From Lytechinus pictus (lineage: Eukaryota): a stretch of DNA of 64,000 nucleotides. The DNA is taken from positions 22,694,001 to 22,758,000 of the forward strand of contig NC_087252.1 in NCBI RefSeq assembly GCF_037042905.1, read 5' to 3'. This document shows, piece after piece, positions 58,601 through 64,000 of this stretch. How positions within the stretch are numbered: the stretch's first letter is position 1; each line of letters opens with the position of its first letter. The notes under the pieces are model-generated. The model was not told the origin of the DNA. It saw only the letters and a list, made by a program, of their open reading frames with translations, and searched no databases. Both the position numbers and the translations under genes were made by a program.

Positions 58601-61600
58601 TATTTGTGCAGAATTGTGCTAGTTACTTCTCAACACAAACATTTCAGATTACAATTTTTTGTTCAGTGGTGACGTATCATGATAGAAAATGTAATATGAA
58701 TTTATATATTTCTATGAAACAACGTTTAAAAATATAATAACAAACAATAGAATACATTTGGCATGAATATTAATTTTTTCCTTCAAAGAAAATTTCACCT
58801 GAAATATACTTTAATAGCAACGGCATCCAGAACATATAAAAGAGCTTAATATGCTCTTTCATTTGATACCAAATTCGTCATGGTATTATTTTAATATTTT
58901 CATTTCTGAAGATATAGTAAATTTTACGATGTTTGGCAAGCAAACAGATTTCACTGAATTTCATGGGTGTATGTAAACTTTTGGCCTCAACTGTATAAGG
59001 GAATGAATTTTCAGTTTGTTTAGCAAAATGTGGAATTGTCAGTATAGGCACTTCCATCATTGCCTGTCTTATCCCTGAGAGTGACTTTCTCAAGCCAAGC
59101 ATGGGTGACTTGCAGTCTCGTTGATACTGCTATATCTGATGAGGGTCCTATATTGGAGCTATAATATGTAAAACACACTTTACAAGTCCAAACAGTGGGA
59201 TATTCTTAGATATTAAAGGGAATAAGTTTTTATCTTCAAATTCAAAGTTTGTTTTAATAATAACAAAAAAAATGTTGACCGTTTCCTTCTTCATGTAGGC
59301 ACTTCTACCTGTGCTTATCTTATCCCTGAGACAGTAACTACCAAGCCAATGGTCATCTGCAGTGTTATTGATACCGCTGTATTTCATGAAGGTCCTGGCT
59401 GAGCTACATGTAGTGTAGAATGCATTTTGATACAAGGCCAAACAGCTGGATATTATTAGATGCATGTAGGAACTACATTTGTTTTATCTTAAAATTCAGT
59501 TTGTTTTTTTAGTAACAAAATGTTGACCTTTTCATTATAGGCACTTCTGTCAGTGCTTATCTTATCCCTGAGAGAGTGACTACCAAGCCAAAGGTTACCT
59601 GCACCGTCGTTGATACCGCTGTATCTGAGAATGGTCCTGGCCGAGCCACCAAGACCTTGCCTGAAGGACTGGAGGTGCGTGACTCCGGGATCTCAGGAGC
59701 TGGCCAGGGTGTCTGGGCAGGGAGAGACTTTGAAGAAGGAACACGTTTTGGTCCCTACCAAGGCGAGCAGGTGGACAAAATCACTGGCTACCAAAGTGGC
59801 TATGCATGGGAGGTACGTTGATTAAAGAAAATCTTTTCAAGAGTGAAGTGTTGGGAATAACAGTAAGGAATTCCTTATTTATACCTTGTATTCAGATTTA
59901 ATTTTAAGAAGAATCTCTAATATAGAAAATGAAATTTACTAATTGAAATTGTAAGTGAAAAAATGTTGCATTTTACTATAAAGGTCTTTGGAATTTGTCT
60001 AAATTATGGTAATTTAGGTAACTCAGTGCTTGTGTGGAGGAAGGTCTCGCTCTTCCCTTCACATTGGAAATATGGCAATATGATATGATATGATATCACA
60101 AAGACTTTTTTTTTGAAGCCCCAGTGACATATTAAACACAGATCCTCAAGGATCTACACGGCAATGGCGGCATGATGTGGGGAGGTCCGGGATAGTTTTT
60201 CCCCAGATTAAGTGCAACGGTCGTTGATAGCGGTACACATGGCAACTACACGTTCCTACACACTGTCCTACACGGACCATGCTGGCAGAGCACGTCGTCT
60301 ACGCGGATCAACAGGGTGTCAATACAGATCAACATGGCAGCTACATGGATCATCTTGGATTGCTCTGCCGACGTGACAGTCCACAGATGATGCTGGATGT
60401 TTTTGGCCTCCCACAAAACTGCTGTATTGGCCTCATGGACGTCCATGGTCCTCCAAGGTTGCCCAAGGATGCCAAGGCGTCTACACGGATCTCTCCATTC
60501 CAGATTTGATGCGGGGGTTGTCCGCCGTCTATTTGTGGCTGGGGCTTAAGTGGGTTTTAAGAGTGTGCAACTCTGTTGCCTACCATCACTTTCATGCATA
60601 CTTGTACTGTTTGCTCTTTTAAATTTTGATACCAGATAAGAAGTGACGGAGGCCAAGGAGAGGTCATCCATTGCATAGATGCCGGGGACGAGGCCAAGAG
60701 CAATTGGATGCGCTACGTCAACTGCGCCTGCAAGGAAGTAGACCAGAACCTGAGGTCGTACCAGGATGGTGAAGACATCTTCTACATTGCCTACAAACCT
60801 ATCAAGGCTGGAACAGAACTCTTGGCGTTTTATGGAGAGGAGTATGGGAGAAAGTTGGGCATTGAGATGGAACCTTCCACAGGTAGCCCACTGCATTGAT
60901 AATCAAAATCATTGTTTCAAATTACAAGTTCAGATCTGACACTTCATTTTTGAAGCGAGTTTTAATATAATGCATAACATGATGTACATGTATGTAAGAT
61001 TTATATGCTGGATGAAAGCCATGCTAGCTTAATATTTATGTGAAGAGTCAATTTTCTACATAGTTTAATATCACAGACCCTACATGTACAATGACCGCTA
61101 TTCTTTAAGTATTAATGATATCACTTGTATAATGACCCCTTTGGGATCCTATTTTTGTCGTTTCCCACCAGTTGCTACCGGAGACACTCACTTGTGCAAC
61201 ATCTGCGGCCAGCTACTAACATCTGTTGAGTTTTTGAGTCGTCACCTGAAGTATGTCCATCAGAGCCGCTATGGCATCCCCTCCATGTACAACATGAATG
61301 CTGATGTTTCTGAATGTAAGTATAGATGAATTTGACTTCAGAGCTCTGCAACTTGCGACTGTCATAACTGGGGGCTTCCAAAGAACAATAAACGCACCTT
61401 GAATAGATTATACGATGGGCCAGGTGGGTGTTTCATAAACCTGTTTGTAAGATACGAATGACTTTACGCACAACTGCTGATCCTTTCTTGTGCTATGTGG
61501 TATCCCTATATAATTGATTTATGACCTAAGAACATGTTCCCGTTGTGCGCAACCTTACAAACAGCTTTATGAAACACCCACCAGGTACATTTCTATGTCA

Positions 61601-63630
61601 ATGCATAAATTTTCATTTGTAAGGGATACTTGAAGCTCCCTAGTTAGAAATTACCATAAAAAACAGCACCCAAACCGAATTCTGTAGTCAAACTTGGATT
61701 TGGGATTTCATGGCGATTGCTCCTGCAATGATTTGTGTGTTTCATGATACGTGCGACACCAATGGTCATCATTGAAGCCTTGTTGATTGCCTGCTTTTGT
61801 TTGAGGACATACAAATAGCATGGGCACGAGTGAGAATAAAGATTTAAAGAAAACTTAATAAAGTATTTAATAGAAATAGCGGAAGTGTGAATCCCAAGCA
61901 CAGGAAAGAGTACCTTAAGGATTAATCAGTAGCACTACAAAATAATTCCCAAGAATATTGTAATGGTTATAAGGGTCCCCTTTATTACTGCACTGCAAGA
62001 ATCTTAAGAATTTGAGGAGGTTTATTTACTCATACCCCATGCTACATTCATTTTATTTCTATCTTCTCTTATTGATGTATCTTACATTAGATTTGAAATC
62101 AGTCAAGCAAGGCAAGGACCTACTGGAGAAAGCAATTAGCAAAACTGACACAAGTAAGTTTTGCCCAAGATGATGATGATTATAATACCTTGTTAATAGC
62201 ACTGCATGCTTTGAGGTGACATCTCACGGTATTTTACAGATATATTTTACCCGGCCATGTTGTCTCTCCCATGTTTAGAGTAGCCATTCAGACAAGGCCC
62301 TGTGTCTGTTATGATATGTTTATATCAACCCCCCCCCCCTCCTTGACTGTAAAAAGACTAATCGCGAAAAGCTGGGTGAATGCGAGCTCAGCCACATGGC
62401 CTTTAGAAACTTGACTTGGATCTCTTATGTTAAACCATTGTTTCCCGCTCGTGATCACTACTTGTGAGGTAGCGGCTAATCAGCGAGCGTTTCATTTCGC
62501 ATCAATGAACCCATACCATAGATATCGAGGTTGCCATCCTTAATACATATCGTGACTGATTCCTTTTCAGGTCCTAATACGTCAACAGAGAAAGCTGCAA
62601 GTAGGAAGTCAAGACTAGGTTCTTCAACAACACAAAGAGGTCAGTCTTTCACCCAGTTTATATTCATTTGGCCTACAAGCAGTTGGTCCACTTCTAAGAT
62701 AGTCTTATACCCCATCATTGAGTGTAATCATTGAGATCGTCTTATACCTATCATTGGTGTAATCACTGAAATAGTTACTAAACATTGTATTGTGTTTTAA
62801 ACTTTCTGGTAAGTAGCTCATCAGTGAAATTGATTGAAAAAAATTGAACAGTTTACTTGTGGTATTAGGCTTGACAGTGTTGATGAAAAAAAAACAGGGT
62901 CATTACCATTATCTCAGGGGAAGAGAGGGGATGAAGGGGGGGGGGGAGGGAGAGAAAGGGGAAGGGGGCTATAAAAAATGTCCTAAAATATATATCTGTG
63001 AAGATTGTAAGCAATGCCCACACTGAATTTCTTCTTCTTTACTTCTTCCTCAATTTTTCTAAAGATTCTACATGTAAGCACACTGGTCAGGTCCACCAGA
63101 TCTTCAAAGGGTCCGGATACCCCGAAGAAAGATTCTGAAGACTTGGTCCTACGGGACAATGACAAGAAGGAGGAGGTTGATGAATTTCTTGTCCCTTTTC
63201 TCTGTCCATTCTTCTAAAGTTCTAATCACTGTAAAAGCTGAATATTCTTTAATTTCTGCTTGCAGCTATCAAATCCACCAAACCTTCAAAGGCTCCAGGT
63301 ACCCCGAAGAATGATTCTGAAGACTTGGTCCTACGTGACAATGACAAGAAGGAGGAGGTTGAAGAATTTCTTGTCCCTTTTCTCTGTCCATTCAAATCAC
63401 TAAAAAGCTGAATATTCTTTCATTTCTGCTTGCAGCTATCAAATCCACCAAACCTTCAAAGGCTCCAGGTACTCCGAAGAAAGATTCTGAAGACTTGGTC
63501 CTACTGGACAATGACGAGGAGGAGGATGATGATGATGTCAGGTTGGCCGGTAGCGGCAGCAGCAAGCATACCACCTGGTCTCTGAAAGCTGATTCAGATG
63601 ATGACCTTGGAGACACAGAGGCTGCACCAG
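55578..63630 (+). CDS. PRDM9: PRDM9/PRDM7-like PR/SET histone lysine methyltransferase with post-SET C2H2 finger; 3' incomplete. join(55578-55602, [56283-56357 possible], 59541-59812, 60636-60882, 61172-61315, 62091-62153, 62571-62639, 63436-63630, ...)
   Basis: Spliced PR domain RATKTLPEGLEVRDSGISGAGQGVW...FGPYQG...GYAWEI...CIDA...SNWMRYVNCA...QNL...IFY...GTELLAFYGEEYGRKLGI, followed by CxxC-x12-H-x4-H. All junctions are GT-AG with matching phases. Orthology (PRDM9 versus another PRDM7/9/11-type paralogue) is not established. Confidence 0.75.
56283..56357 (+). CDS. Possible symmetric (phase 1-1) PRDM-like exon (SKSNDPMSRSSSHKCSHEPNPADF)
   Basis: Acceptor tttaatgttgtttag|, weak donor TCT|GTATGC; open in the required frame. 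EPNPADF is reminiscent of PRDM9 EPQDDDYL preceding the zinc knuckle. Confidence 0.4.
58005..59410 (+). repeat. Four degenerate tandem copies of the PR-exon acceptor and exon head
   Basis: Variants of (TGTTGACC...TAG)GCACTTC...ATCCCTGAGAGAGTGACTACCAAGCCAAAG...GATACCGCTGTATC...GGTCCT at ~58010, ~58190, ~59030 and ~59272. Confidence 0.85.
59541..59812 (+). CDS. PRDM9: PRDM-like exon, PR/SET N-terminal half
   Basis: ttttcattatag| ... GAG|GTACGT; encodes TLPEGLEV, GAGQGVW, FGPYQG and GYAWE. Confidence 0.92.
60117..60546. mobile_element. Harbinger-like MITE in the intron splitting the PR domain
   Basis: TGA|AGCCCCAGTGACA...TGTGGCTGGGGCT|TAA; internal CTACACG repeats. Confidence 0.65.
60636..60882 (+). 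CDS. PRDM9: PRDM-like exon, PR/SET C-terminal half
   Basis: gataccag| ... CAG|GTAGCC; encodes SNWMRYVNCA, QNL, IFY and ELLAFYGEEY. Confidence 0.93.
61172..61315 (+). CDS. PRDM9: PRDM-like exon, post-SET C2H2 zinc finger (HLCNICGQLLTSVEFLSRHLKYVH)
   Basis: tttcccaccag| ... AAT|GTAAGT; phase 1-1. Confidence 0.9.
61424..61581. mobile_element. Harbinger-type MITE with CAG TSD
   Basis: CAG|GTGGGTGTTTCATAAA...TTTATGAAACACCCAC|CAG. Confidence 0.85.
62091..62153 (+). CDS. PRDM-like linker exon (LKSVKQGKDLLEKAISKTDT)
   Basis: cttacattag| ... CAA|GTAAGT; 63 nt, phase 1-1, open. Confidence 0.75.
62571..62639 (+). CDS. PRDM-like linker exon (PNTSTEKAASRKSRLGSSTTQR)
   Basis: tccttttcag| ... GAG|GTCAGT; 69 nt, phase 1-1, open. 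Confidence 0.7.
63085..63435 (+). repeat. Two tandem partial copies of the 63436 exon head
   Basis: TCCACCA...CTTCAAAGG...CCGAAGAA(A/T)GATTCTGAAGACTTGGTCCTAC...GACAATGAC at ~63092 and ~63274, then in the exon at ~63444. Confidence 0.9.
63436..63630 (+). CDS. PRDM-like acidic linker exon ([33 protein letters not shown]...TEAAP)
   Basis: tttctgcttgcag| ... CAG|GTACCT; 195 nt, phase 1-1, open. Confidence 0.7.
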
Positions 63631-64000
63631 GTACCTAATTTGCCAAAGCCACTTGCGATTAAATTGCATTACTTCAGCAGCTTATAACTGTCGCTGTTAA
63701 AGAATTTTTATAAAGACTTACTGTTGTAACTTTGCCACCATCGTAACTAAAAACCCGGATTTTGGTTGGCTGTTGGGCCCCCATTACCATGGTAGTTGCC
63801 AATGTGGCAAAGTTACAACAGTTGCTGTTTGTCCTTTATGAACTGGGCCCATGGGGTTTGGTGATAGGGATATTCCAGAGCATTTCATCGACACTTGTCA
63901 TCTTACAAGTCGTCACATCTGACAACTTACTTGATTTTGATTGGCTGAGAAGCACCTTTACCATGGCAATAGTCTGATAAAAGAGGTTTTGTCAGCTAAA

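Noticed and set aside
60246..60509. GC-richer ORFs inside the PR-domain intron
   Set aside because: Internal sequence of a TIR-bounded MITE; no recognisable protein motif, and the flanking exons splice in frame without it.

Overview
AT-rich animal genomic DNA, not prokaryotic. The spliceosomal introns, tRNA-derived SINEs, poly-G/C MITEs and abundant TACATGTA suggest a marine invertebrate, possibly a sea urchin; this taxon call is inference. Three gene models were built by hand with splice phases checked. (1) A complete 8-exon CENATAC/CCDC84 gene on the minus strand (44823->5349, 350 aa), with a 29 kb first intron and a probable GC-AG intron 4. (2) A same-strand gene nested in that first intron, with two coding exons (32723->27540, 1163 aa). 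It encodes an uncharacterised protein with a small N-terminal globular region, about 850 aa of acidic/basic low-complexity sequence and a C-terminal Spindlin-like Tudor domain. (3) A divergently transcribed PRDM9/PRDM7-like gene on the plus strand, from about 51.7 kb and running off the window. It has a PR/SET domain with all three catalytic tyrosines and a post-SET C2H2 finger, but no visible KRAB, SSXRD or intact zinc knuckle. Two of its exons are preceded by tandem decoy copies of their own splice acceptor and exon head. The introns hold nested transposons (a 6.5 kb hAT element with an 8-bp TSD containing a 4.7 kb Sola-like element), many MITEs, SINEs, a Helentron-like element and a 2 kb higher-order minisatellite. 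Family assignments rest on recalled sequence motifs, not on database searches.
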